Source: an uncultured Fibrobacterales bacterium
GTDB lineage: Bacteria; Fibrobacterota; Fibrobacteria; Fibrobacterales; CAWVXU01
Direction of reading: 5' to 3'
Length of the DNA stretch: 18,976 nt
Assembly (NCBI GenBank): GCA_963934255.1
Contig: CAWVXU010000053.1
Span: 1-18,976 of the forward strand
The notes under the pieces are model-generated. The model worked only from the letters and a program-made list of their open reading frames with translations, made no database searches and was not told the DNA's origin. This document shows, piece after piece, positions 1-8,014 of this stretch (the stretch's first letter is position 1; every line of letters starts with the position of its first letter). Made by a program: the position numbers and the translations under genes.

Positions 1-555
1 TTCTAATAGTCCAATTTCCAGTAGTGTTTTAACTGCCTTTTGGGCTTCACTCACCGTTATTTCTGGGCGAAGCTGTCTAGCGAGGAATTCAAAATCACCT
101 TCCCAATCTGAATATACAGCTAGTTCTCTGATGACAGGATAGAACCACTCGTCGTAATATGAAAATTGTTTGCGATTAATTTTATAAAAACTAGTGCTTT
201 TACGAAGACGCTGGAGTGCCTTGTAATAGACATTGCGGTCTTTTTCATTTCGACTTTGATTATATTCAACTAATGTGGTGAAGTATTCGCCTTTTTTCCC
301 CTTAAGGCCAAAGCCTTTAAGCATTTTAGGGATTGAGGCATGGCTGAGGTTTCTCTTGCCTTCCATAACATAGGCACAAAAAGAATGTGAACCAAACCCT
401 GCTTTTTGAGCGAAATATCTATGGCTGAAAAAACTTTTAAGCTCTCTTTGCTCTTCAAAATAATCTTTGAGTAGTATTCTATAATTGTCGTAGTCAAACA
501 ACCTATCTATAACGGATAGTTCAATTTCTTCGTCTTTGTTTTTTAAATCACTCAT
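1..555 (-). CDS. TIGR02147-family protein (Fibrobacter paralogous family, putative DNA-binding; DUF4423-type); 3' end outside window
   Basis: Absent from the ORF track because it runs off the edge. Manual translation from ATG 555 gives 185 open codons: MSDLKNKDEEIELSVIDRLFDYDNYRILLKDYFEEQ...FSHRYFAQKAGFGS...VMEGKRNL...YFTTLVEYNQ...YYDEWFYPVIRELA...LARQLRPEITVSEAQKAVKTLLEIGLLE. These match the family's Y.DYR, FS.R.FA.KAG, GKRNL and W...IREL motifs. Confidence 0.9.
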   Translation of the reverse strand, partial: MSDLKNKDEEIELSVIDRLFDYDNYRILLKDYFEEQRELKSFFSHRYFAQKAGFGSHSFCAYVMEGKRNLSHASIPKMLKGFGLKGKKGEYFTTLVEYNQSRNEKDRNVYYKALQRLRKSTSFYKINRKQFSYYDEWFYPVIRELAVYSDWEGDFEFLARQLRPEITVSEAQKAVKTLLEIGLLE

Positions 556-683
556 GATGACAGCCAAATGGTATTTCTTACAACAGTATTCTTTTAATTT
601 ATTTAAAGAACTTCAAGAAATCTAGTATAATCAAATCAAAACCTGACAAAGTGTCCACCTATGAGTACACGGATTTGATTTCA

Positions 684-703
684 AATTCTATCATTTCAAT
701 ATG
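684..703 (+). promoter_or_regulatory. Putative -10 element (TATCAT 689-694) 6 nt before the cmoA ATG; possible leaderless promoter
   Basis: AATTC-TATCAT-TTCAAT-ATG with no SD; same geometry before der and the lplA-like gene. Confidence 0.45.
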
Positions 704-1432
704 AAAAAAGATGAAGTATTCGCAGTTAAGCAGACCAAAATAGGCCCATTTCAATTTGATGATCAAGTAGCTAAAGTATTTGATGATATGGTGAGTCGAA
801 GTGTTCCGGGTTATGCTGATCATTTACTTTTACAGTCCAAAATTGCACAAAAGTACCTAAAAGATGATTGTGTTGTTATTGATATTGGCTGTTCTACAGG
901 TAATAGTTTGTTTCCATTGTTTTCATCTGAAAAACATATTCAATTTATCGGGATTGACCCTTCTTCGGCTATGATAGATCAATTTCAAACCAAACTTTCT
1001 TTTGTTAAACAAAAACCAAATATCCAATTAGTTCAAGCCAATGCTCAAAGTCTGGAACTTCCGTCGGCTGATATCGTTTTTTTGAATTACACATTACAAT
1101 TCATTATCCCAGAAGATCGTGCCAAGCTCCTCGATAAGATATTTGAGGCTTTAAAACCAGGTGGAATATTATTGTTCTCTGAGAAAATGCAAAATCCGGG
1201 AACGTTCATTTCAGAGCTAGAAGTTGAATTCTATTATGATTACAAACGCCAAAATGGATATTCTGAACTTGAAATTTCTCAAAAACGTGATGCTTTAGAA
1301 GAAGTTTTAATACCGGATTCTCTTGAATTACACTTAGCTCGTTTGAAAGAAGCTGGCTTTAATGAAGTAGGCTTGTGGCATAAATGGTTTAACTTTGGTT
1401 CATTCATAGCTATTAAGCAAGGACTTTTATGA
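701..1432 (+). CDS. cmoA: Carboxy-S-adenosyl-L-methionine synthase
   Basis: FQFDDQVAKVFDDMVSRSVPGY, DIGCSTG, NYTLQFI, SEK and NGYSELEISQKRDALE motifs; ATGA overlap with cmoB. Confidence 0.95.
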   Translation: MKKDEVFAVKQTKIGPFQFDDQVAKVFDDMVSRSVPGYADHLLLQSKIAQKYLKDDCVVIDIGCSTGNSLFPLFSSEKHIQFIGIDPSSAMIDQFQTKLSFVKQKPNIQLVQANAQSLELPSADIVFLNYTLQFIIPEDRAKLLDKIFEALKPGGILLFSEKMQNPGTFISELEVEFYYDYKRQNGYSELEISQKRDALEEVLIPDSLELHLARLKEAGFNEVGLWHKWFNFGSFIAIKQGLL

Positions 1433-2424
1433 AAATTATTTCACAATACTTTGGAAATATTTTAGAAGTCCTCAAAACAAATGGACACCCAAGTACACCA
1501 ATTTTAGCCACAATAGAGTGTCTTATTTCGGGTTTAAACCTAAGACATGGAGATCAAGAAAAGTGGATGCAATCAATAGAAAAAATTGAACAATTAGTTC
1601 AAGGTTCTGATTTTGAACTCGATTTCAATGACAATGTGGCGTTTAGTTCAAAGAATGATTTAAAAAACTCTTCTGAACTACAAGCTGCATTTATGGGACT
1701 AGGGCCTTGGCGTAAAGGACCTTTTGAGGTAAGTAATTTCAAAATTGATACCGAATGGCAATCCAATTTAAAGTGGGATAGGCTAAAAGGTTCTATCGGC
1801 AAACATGACCTAATAGAAAATAAAAAAATTCTAGATATTGGTTGTTCCAGTGGGTACTATATGTACCGGATGCTTGAGCATCAGCCCAAGTGGGTTATGG
1901 GTGTTGACCCAACCTTGGCATTCTTCAGTCAGTACTTAGCTTTTCAAAAATTAAAACACACTCCAGAGATGCTCTATCTTCCTGTGGGATCTGAAAAATT
2001 AAATGGTATCCCAAGATTTTTTGATACTGTGTTTTGCATGGGGATTCTTTATCATAGAAAATCACCTTTTGAATTTATCCGTGAATTACAATCTTATACT
2101 AAACCAGGTGGTAAGCTTGTTATTGAGACCCTTATGGTTCCAGGAGAGGGGCATTGGAGTTTGACTCCGGTGGATAGGTATGCTCGTATGAGAAACGTTT
2201 ATACTTTACCAACCAAAGATGCCATGATCTTTTGGTTAGAGCAATTTGGTTTTAAAAATATTGATTGGGTCATGGATGATTGGACAGAGCTTAACGAACA
2301 ACGTAGTACTGATTGGATGACTCGTGAATCTTTAAAAGAGTGTATTGATCCAAATGAACGCTACAAAACTGTCGAGGGTTATCCAGCACCAAGACGCTGC
2401 TTAGTGATTGCAACAGCTAAATAG
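1429..2424 (+). CDS. cmoB: tRNA U34 carboxymethyltransferase
   Basis: PWRKGPF, IDTEWQSNLKWDRL, LDIGCSSGYY, FDTVFCMGILYHRKSP, RYARMRNVY and TVEGYPAPRR motifs; follows cmoA. Confidence 0.95.
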   Translation: MKIISQYFGNILEVLKTNGHPSTPILATIECLISGLNLRHGDQEKWMQSIEKIEQLVQGSDFELDFNDNVAFSSKNDLKNSSELQAAFMGLGPWRKGPFEVSNFKIDTEWQSNLKWDRLKGSIGKHDLIENKKILDIGCSSGYYMYRMLEHQPKWVMGVDPTLAFFSQYLAFQKLKHTPEMLYLPVGSEKLNGIPRFFDTVFCMGILYHRKSPFEFIRELQSYTKPGGKLVIETLMVPGEGHWSLTPVDRYARMRNVYTLPTKDAMIFWLEQFGFKNIDWVMDDWTELNEQRSTDWMTRESLKECIDPNERYKTVEGYPAPRRCLVIATAK

Positions 2425-2447
2425 AATTTAATGCTTGCAACCTTGGT

Positions 2448-3281
2448 TCAAAAGGCCCCCTTTGTTTCATTACATTCACTCATGCATTTCCCATTATTCC
2501 AGATTTGGGAGTAATTTAACCGTCCTTCGTTACTCCAACTTTTACATGCTCCAGATTTACTTCCATTTAGATAGTAGCACTTGGTCTTAAGCTGTTTATT
2601 TGGGTACCATGATTCTGTTTTTCCATGAAGCTTGTTGTTTAAAAAACGGTCAGCTCGAATTGTTTTACCTGTCATATCGTAATATAACGCTATGCCTTCT
2701 TGCTTTCCAAGGACGAATGCTGTTCTTAGTTTAGACTCGCCATTGTCGTATTTAGTATGATAATTACCATCAACTAAACCATTTTTGTAACTTGCATCAA
2801 GAACGATAACACCTTTTGAGTTGATTAGACGTCTAATTCCATTTCTTTTACCCATTGACCAAGATGTAATTTCCTTGACTCCACCATTTTCATGGAATGT
2901 TCGACACAGTCCATTTTTTATTTCTCGATGCAGTATACATTCCTCAATAAGAATACCTTGAGGATTGTAGTTTTGTTGAAGCCCGTGTTTGATATTATTT
3001 TCATATACTAAAGAAGTACGTAGTACGCCTTTTTGGTCCCAAGATTTAACCGTACCCTCAAGTAAGCCTTGCCCGAATTCTTTTTGTGTTTTGACATGAC
3101 CATCTGGGTAAAAGTCTGTCCATTTTCCATGATAGACTTTTTTCTGCGTTTTTGAATGGAAGTACCATGAATACTTGAGTTTTTGAATGCCATTTTCCCA
3201 AAGTAAGGTAGTTTCTTTAACCTTTGGAACAGCATAAAGAATATTAAAACAAATAACTATTAAAAAAATATTTCGCATCAT
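2448..3281 (-). CDS. Exported MORN-variant repeat protein (YwqK-like)
   Basis: Signal peptide (MMRNIFLIVICFNILYA), then about 9 units of roughly 24 aa of the type HGKWTDFYPDGHVK / NGLCRTFHENGGVK / HGKTESWYPNKQLK. Start may be the second ATG (3278). Confidence 0.85.
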   Translation of the reverse strand: MMRNIFLIVICFNILYAVPKVKETTLLWENGIQKLKYSWYFHSKTQKKVYHGKWTDFYPDGHVKTQKEFGQGLLEGTVKSWDQKGVLRTSLVYENNIKHGLQQNYNPQGILIEECILHREIKNGLCRTFHENGGVKEITSWSMGKRNGIRRLINSKGVIVLDASYKNGLVDGNYHTKYDNGESKLRTAFVLGKQEGIALYYDMTGKTIRADRFLNNKLHGKTESWYPNKQLKTKCYYLNGSKSGACKSWSNEGRLNYSQIWNNGKCMSECNETKGAF

Positions 3282-3307
3282 TGTAAATTTAGTCCAAGGG
3301 GTATTTT

Positions 3308-4114
3308 ATGTTATCGGTCGTTTTCATCATATTATTTACTTTAACTTTAGCATTTGGACAAGTAAATGTGTTCAATTTGTCTTTCAATCAAAGCTATTAC
3401 CATGACAATATGAGTTTTACTCAGGGATTATTTATTGAAGAAGGCAAAGTTTGGGAAAGCTCTGGCGGTTATGGTAAAAGCTTTATACGTCAGTGGAATC
3501 TTGAGAGTGCCGAGGTATTGGCAGAATTAAAAGTAGACCCTGAAATATTTATTGAAGGTATCACTTCCTGTGCGGGTAAATATTACGCCTTAACTTGGAA
3601 GAGTGGTCAAGTTTTTGAGTTTGATTCCCTTTTGACAGAATTGAAGCCGATTTGGAATATTAAAGGTGAGGGTTGGGGGGCTAGTTGTTATCAGAACAAT
3701 TTAATTACCAGTGATGGCAGTTCTCTACTTAAAAAAATAAACCCTCTCAATGGCGATGTTCTTGCCACGATAGATATTAATAAAAACCTGTCTATTTTAA
3801 ATACTGAAAAGCATAAAGGTTTGAATGAACTTGAGGTAATTGATGACTATCTATTAATCAACTTATGGTACAAAAATCATATTCTCATATTTGATCTTAA
3901 AAAAAACAAACTTATTGAGAAATGGGATTTTTCAAAAGTTCTTTCATCGATACCCAATAATGAAAAATCGAAAATGGATTCAATGAATGGTATTGCTTGG
4001 GACTCTCAAAAAAATAAATTATTTTTAACAGGTAAATTGTGGTTTCAGGTATATGAAGTTGAAATACCAAATGGTAGCTTGCTGAAAACAATAAATTTTA
4101 AATCAAATAATTAA
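3308..4114 (+). CDS. Glutaminyl-peptide cyclotransferase (type I, plant/bacterial beta-propeller glutaminyl cyclase), exported
   Basis: FTQGL, ESSGGYG, FIEGIT, LTWK, GEGWG, SDGS, LNELE, NLW, MNGIAWD and TGKLW motifs; signal peptide; SD-like AAGGGG upstream. Confidence 0.92.
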   Translation: MLSVVFIILFTLTLAFGQVNVFNLSFNQSYYHDNMSFTQGLFIEEGKVWESSGGYGKSFIRQWNLESAEVLAELKVDPEIFIEGITSCAGKYYALTWKSGQVFEFDSLLTELKPIWNIKGEGWGASCYQNNLITSDGSSLLKKINPLNGDVLATIDINKNLSILNTEKHKGLNELEVIDDYLLINLWYKNHILIFDLKKNKLIEKWDFSKVLSSIPNNEKSKMDSMNGIAWDSQKNKLFLTGKLWFQVYEVEIPNGSLLKTINFKSNN

Positions 4115-4149
4115 AATCTACAAATCTAAATCAATAGATTCTTGAGTAG

Positions 4150-5352
4150 TTAAAAACTTGAGGGAGTATTGTAGACCAATTGAATCATAACATATTGTTC
4201 ATTATAGATTGTGGCTTTATCACGACCGTTGACACTAACTCCACTTTCCGCTTTTTCAAAATCATCAGGTGACTTACCGCTTGCATGATTGAGACCCCAT
4301 TGAATGTCTACACCGAACTGTCTTTTGTATAAAGTTTTGAATCCAAGAGCTCCAGATGCACCATTAATTGTATGCAATTTTACTCGAAGCAAAGAAGCTG
4401 GGGTATCTTCCAAAATTTTAAATTCTTCATCAAATATTATATATTGAAAAGAAAGATATCCATGTGGGTAAACACTCCAATTAGGACTGAGATAATACGT
4501 TTTACCGATTGTTCCAAATATTCCAAACTCATATCGATCGTAATGCCATATCTGAACACCAGGGTTTGTTTTTGATTCATAATTCATCGCAAGGCTAGAA
4601 TATTTAGCCATAAAGCCACCCCCAAACAGTTCGGCTACATTCCACCCCAGCGATGCTTGGTATAATGGACTACTTATCTGAGACCATGTAAGTATGTCCG
4701 AAGTATCTTTAGTTGAGGGTTGATAAAATGATTTAAAAGGGGGAGGGTTTGATCGTGAAACTGACTTGTGTTGCCCTAAGCCAATAGCAATAAACCGATC
4801 AAGTTTAACCTCTTCATAATATTCAGCGGCAGGTAAAGCAAGCTCTTGAGCTCGTTCTTCATGAGATAGTCTTCGAACTGCTTTTTCATCAAATAAGTTT
4901 TCAGAAATCCATGTGCTTAAGGGTTTGGAGTCAGGTTTAACCCGAGTAAATTGAGGATAACGATCACCTTTTATAAAAAGTGATAAATACGTTTCCCCAT
5001 CTTTTTTATGTGGAATTAATAAATAGGCCCCCCATAATTCAGTTAAAACTTGATTAACATGATCGACACGACTTTCGAGTAATTTAGTTGGGGTTGCAGG
5101 GTGGTAATTGGCTTGATACCATTGAACATATTCAGCTACTAGAGTATCTCTCATCAGCTCACCTGGATACCTAATTTGGGCACCTTTTAAATCAGGTCGG
5201 AGAATATTCAAGTCCTGGCTTAATTGAGCCATATTTAAATCACTATCAAGCAAGAGTATCTCAGCCTCTAAATAAGATGGAATAAAAATTTCGGCTGATA
5301 CTTGAGTAAACAAAACAAAAATGAGTATAAACCCGGCTAGGTAATTTTTCAC
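4150..5352 (-). CDS. Hypothetical exported protein, probable C-terminal outer-membrane beta-barrel
   Basis: Signal peptide ending VSA|E; amphipathic strands in the C-terminal half (LYQASLGWNV, RYEFGIFGTIG, GASGALGFKTLY, FGVDIQWGLN, QYVMIQLVYN); terminal Phe; GTG start overlaps upstream TGA (GTGA). Confidence 0.6.
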   Translation of the reverse strand: MKNYLAGFILIFVLFTQVSAEIFIPSYLEAEILLLDSDLNMAQLSQDLNILRPDLKGAQIRYPGELMRDTLVAEYVQWYQANYHPATPTKLLESRVDHVNQVLTELWGAYLLIPHKKDGETYLSLFIKGDRYPQFTRVKPDSKPLSTWISENLFDEKAVRRLSHEERAQELALPAAEYYEEVKLDRFIAIGLGQHKSVSRSNPPPFKSFYQPSTKDTSDILTWSQISSPLYQASLGWNVAELFGGGFMAKYSSLAMNYESKTNPGVQIWHYDRYEFGIFGTIGKTYYLSPNWSVYPHGYLSFQYIIFDEEFKILEDTPASLLRVKLHTINGASGALGFKTLYKRQFGVDIQWGLNHASGKSPDDFEKAESGVSVNGRDKATIYNEQYVMIQLVYNTPSSF

Positions 5353-6062
5353 TTAGATGCACTCCCTAAGGTTTCTATCTGACTGTATAAGGAAAGCGTT
5401 ATTTGATTGGCTAAGCTCTTGAAATCATCTGTTTCCCATATTTTTTTACGAGGAATAACAGCTTCAACGACACCGGATTGTATTACTTGTGCTTTGGCTT
5501 GATCCCATAGGCTATAGCTCATGACACACCCTAGGCCCTTAGCAGATTTGGGGTCACGCTCTTGACGAGAAGCATATTGATCGTAAAAAGAATTTGATTC
5601 AATACCAAAGCCTAAAAACCATTCATGAATAAGGAGTATAGGTGAGTTTTTAGCATTGGGCGCTAACTTTTGTTGCGGGAGGTTGGCCTTAATGAAAAAC
5701 CCTGGTTGTATTTCCGGATTGGTGACCTTATCTTCAAGAAGGACTACTTCAGAGATAGGTAAAAATTGGACAGAACTATTGGTGTTTTCACTTAATAGTG
5801 AAGCAGTAAAAAATCCCAACATAATAGAATCAAGTCCACTGGTAATTTGCAACTCTTGACCTAGTTGTTCAGGATGGAGTATTACAAATTGTCCAATGAG
5901 AGGTGGAATGAATAGGGTGTCTATTTTTTGTTGATAGGCTGGGTTGTTAGACCATTTCTTAGTGTTAAATACTTCAGAACTACAAGCAGTCATAAGGAGT
6001 AGACTAAAGAGGATAACCAAATGACTAAGACGAACGAGGCGGAAAAGTGATAATTTCTTCAA
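5349..6062 (-). CDS. Hypothetical lipoprotein
   Basis: Basic N-region, hydrophobic stretch and lipobox LMTA|C. TTG at 6062 follows a purine-rich AGGAAGAG and is preferred over the track start at 6092. Confidence 0.7.
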   Translation of the reverse strand: MKKLSLFRLVRLSHLVILFSLLLMTACSSEVFNTKKWSNNPAYQQKIDTLFIPPLIGQFVILHPEQLGQELQITSGLDSIMLGFFTASLLSENTNSSVQFLPISEVVLLEDKVTNPEIQPGFFIKANLPQQKLAPNAKNSPILLIHEWFLGFGIESNSFYDQYASRQERDPKSAKGLGCVMSYSLWDQAKAQVIQSGVVEAVIPRKKIWETDDFKSLANQITLSLYSQIETLGSASK

Positions 6063-6092
6063 AGTTGTTTCTCTTCCTGACCAAAAAATCAA

Positions 6093-6653
6093 TTATTTAA
6101 AATCCAAATATGATTTTGATGCTTGTGGTGATTGTTGAGCTGAATATTTGCCTTTGTAGAACTCTATTTCTCCCTTAGGTTCTACGAAGTAAACCTGACC
6201 AATTCTAACATTTGGATAAACGCGAACAGGATGTACCACACAAATCTCGAGTGTCCAAGTAGGGTAGAGGCACTTCACTTCCCTAGCTAATTTTTCATAT
6301 CCCCAACCTACATCTCCAAAGCCTGCTGTGATATGTGTATTGATTCCTAAACGGCCAATAGAACTGCGACCTTCAAACATTGGGATATATTTGTGTGAAG
6401 TGGCTGTTTCATTTGTGCTCCCAATATAAAGTACATTGGGTTGCAGAATAAAACCATCTTCTGGGATAATTATTTTTTCAGTTGGATTTTCTTTTTTCAT
6501 GTCCAAACAACCACCCTCTAAGGTGTAAATGAGCAGGTGCTTATTTAGAGTTACATCGATTGAATTAGGAGAAAGGTGATCCTCAATAAAAGGTTTAATG
6601 TGAATATCTTCTGAGCTAACTGCGGCTTGAATTGCTTGTTTGGTTAAAAACAT
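6093..6653 (-). CDS. dcd: dCTP deaminase
   Basis: PNSIDVTL, GSTNE, EGRSSIGRLG, HITAGFGDVG, WTLEI, RIGQVYF and GKY motifs; directly after pyrE. Confidence 0.92.
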   Translation of the reverse strand: MFLTKQAIQAAVSSEDIHIKPFIEDHLSPNSIDVTLNKHLLIYTLEGGCLDMKKENPTEKIIIPEDGFILQPNVLYIGSTNETATSHKYIPMFEGRSSIGRLGINTHITAGFGDVGWGYEKLAREVKCLYPTWTLEICVVHPVRVYPNVRIGQVYFVEPKGEIEFYKGKYSAQQSPQASKSYLDFK

Positions 6654-6661
6654 CTTTATCC

Positions 6662-7333
6662 CTAGTTTTGTGCTGCGTATTTAGAGCGGTATTCTAACAT
6701 CTGCTGAACTTGTGATTCTGCAATATCATATTTCTTACGATTTTTTACATCTTGAACAAATGCGATGATATCTTCAATATTGATTATTGAGGAAACTTCT
6801 ATACCATAGTCTTCTTGAACGGTCTGAAGTGCACTTCGACCGTCTTCAAGAGCCTCTTTACGATCAACAGAAATTATTAACCCGACAATCTCGACATTGT
6901 CAATGTTTTTAAGAATTTCCAAGGTCTCTTTTACAGAAGTACCGGCTGTAATAACATCTTCGACTATAAGTACTTTGCGAGGTTCAATATAAGTGTCGCC
7001 TACAAGAACTCCACCTTCACCATGGTCCTTAGCTTCTTTTCTATTGAAAGTAAAGCTAAGGTCTATATTGTGTGTTTGAGATAATTGTAGTGCCATAGCT
7101 GTGGCTAAAGGGATACCTTTGTATGCAGGACCATATAAATTATCAATCCGGCCTTCAAATTGATCTTTGAATACTTTTGCGTACCATGAGCTCAGTTGAC
7201 TGATCTGCTCGCCAGTTCGAAATTGCCCTGTATTAATGAAATAAGGAGTTTGACGACCACTTTTGGTGGTAAAAGAACCAAATCTTAGGACCTCTGAGTC
7301 CAATAGAAATTCAATAAATTTATTTTTATTCAT
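6662..7333 (-). CDS. pyrE: Orotate phosphoribosyltransferase
   Basis: FGSFTTKSGRQTPYF, GPAYKGIP, RKEAKDHGEGG and PRPP-binding IVEDVITAGTS; SD AAGGAG. Confidence 0.97.
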   Translation of the reverse strand: MNKNKFIEFLLDSEVLRFGSFTTKSGRQTPYFINTGQFRTGEQISQLSSWYAKVFKDQFEGRIDNLYGPAYKGIPLATAMALQLSQTHNIDLSFTFNRKEAKDHGEGGVLVGDTYIEPRKVLIVEDVITAGTSVKETLEILKNIDNVEIVGLIISVDRKEALEDGRSALQTVQEDYGIEVSSIINIEDIIAFVQDVKNRKKYDIAESQVQQMLEYRSKYAAQN

Positions 7334-7358
7334 TTTTTCTCCTTAAAATGAAGGTGTC

Positions 7359-7931
7359 TTAGGATAGAGTGACTTCAATAGTAGGGTGGGCCAGTTGCTT
7401 GAAAGTCGATTGAATAAAATTAAGTGTACCAGATGTAGCACTTGGACAACTTCCACACGCACCTAAGTAGTAAATATATACGGTAGCCCCATCGATACCT
7501 GTGATATCCAAACCACCGCCATCGCCTGCGAGTCCGGGACGAACTTTAACATCAAGGATAGTATTGAGGTGCTTGAGTTGATCCTCAAGAGTCATTCCGA
7601 AGTAATCTTCAGGAAAATCAATCTTTTGGTCAACTTCAGGTACTATTTCTGAAATTTCACTTGGCTCTAGGTATTCTTCTAGAAGCATGGCAAGTTCTGG
7701 TTCGACCATTTCCCAATCAGTACCAGGTTTGACATTGATAGTCACGACTTGATCTAATATAAAGACGTTAGTCACATAGGCAAGTTCGAAAAGGGCCTGA
7801 GCCGTTTCATTACTAGCAGCTTCCATTTTATTACTATAGGAGAGTGGCTTAGCTGGACTTAATAACTCATCGGCATGAAATTTCTTCGCTAGTGAATTAG
7901 GTGTCCCTGTTATTTGGAGTATTTCTGGCAT
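7359..7931 (-). CDS. NifU/Nfu-family Fe-S cluster carrier (Nfu_N plus NifU_C domains)
   Basis: N-terminal TPNSLAKKF and LFELAYVTNVFI...VTI...W; C-terminal VRPGLAGDGG and GACGSCPSA (CxxC). Confidence 0.9.
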   Translation of the reverse strand: MPEILQITGTPNSLAKKFHADELLSPAKPLSYSNKMEAASNETAQALFELAYVTNVFILDQVVTINVKPGTDWEMVEPELAMLLEEYLEPSEISEIVPEVDQKIDFPEDYFGMTLEDQLKHLNTILDVKVRPGLAGDGGGLDITGIDGATVYIYYLGACGSCPSATSGTLNFIQSTFKQLAHPTIEVTLS

Positions 7932-8014
7932 ATTAATCTCAATTTGTTGCTATTTGCACCTAAATTTAACAAACTACACACCTTGTCACCTTTAATTGAT
8001 TATTTTTTACAAAT

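Noticed and set aside
270..497. 75-aa minus-strand ORF
   Set aside because: Alternate frame inside the TIGR02147 gene, which carries the family motifs.
4123..4140. AATCTA-N6-TAGATT hairpin between convergent genes
   Set aside because: A 6-bp AT-rich stem is too weak to call a terminator.
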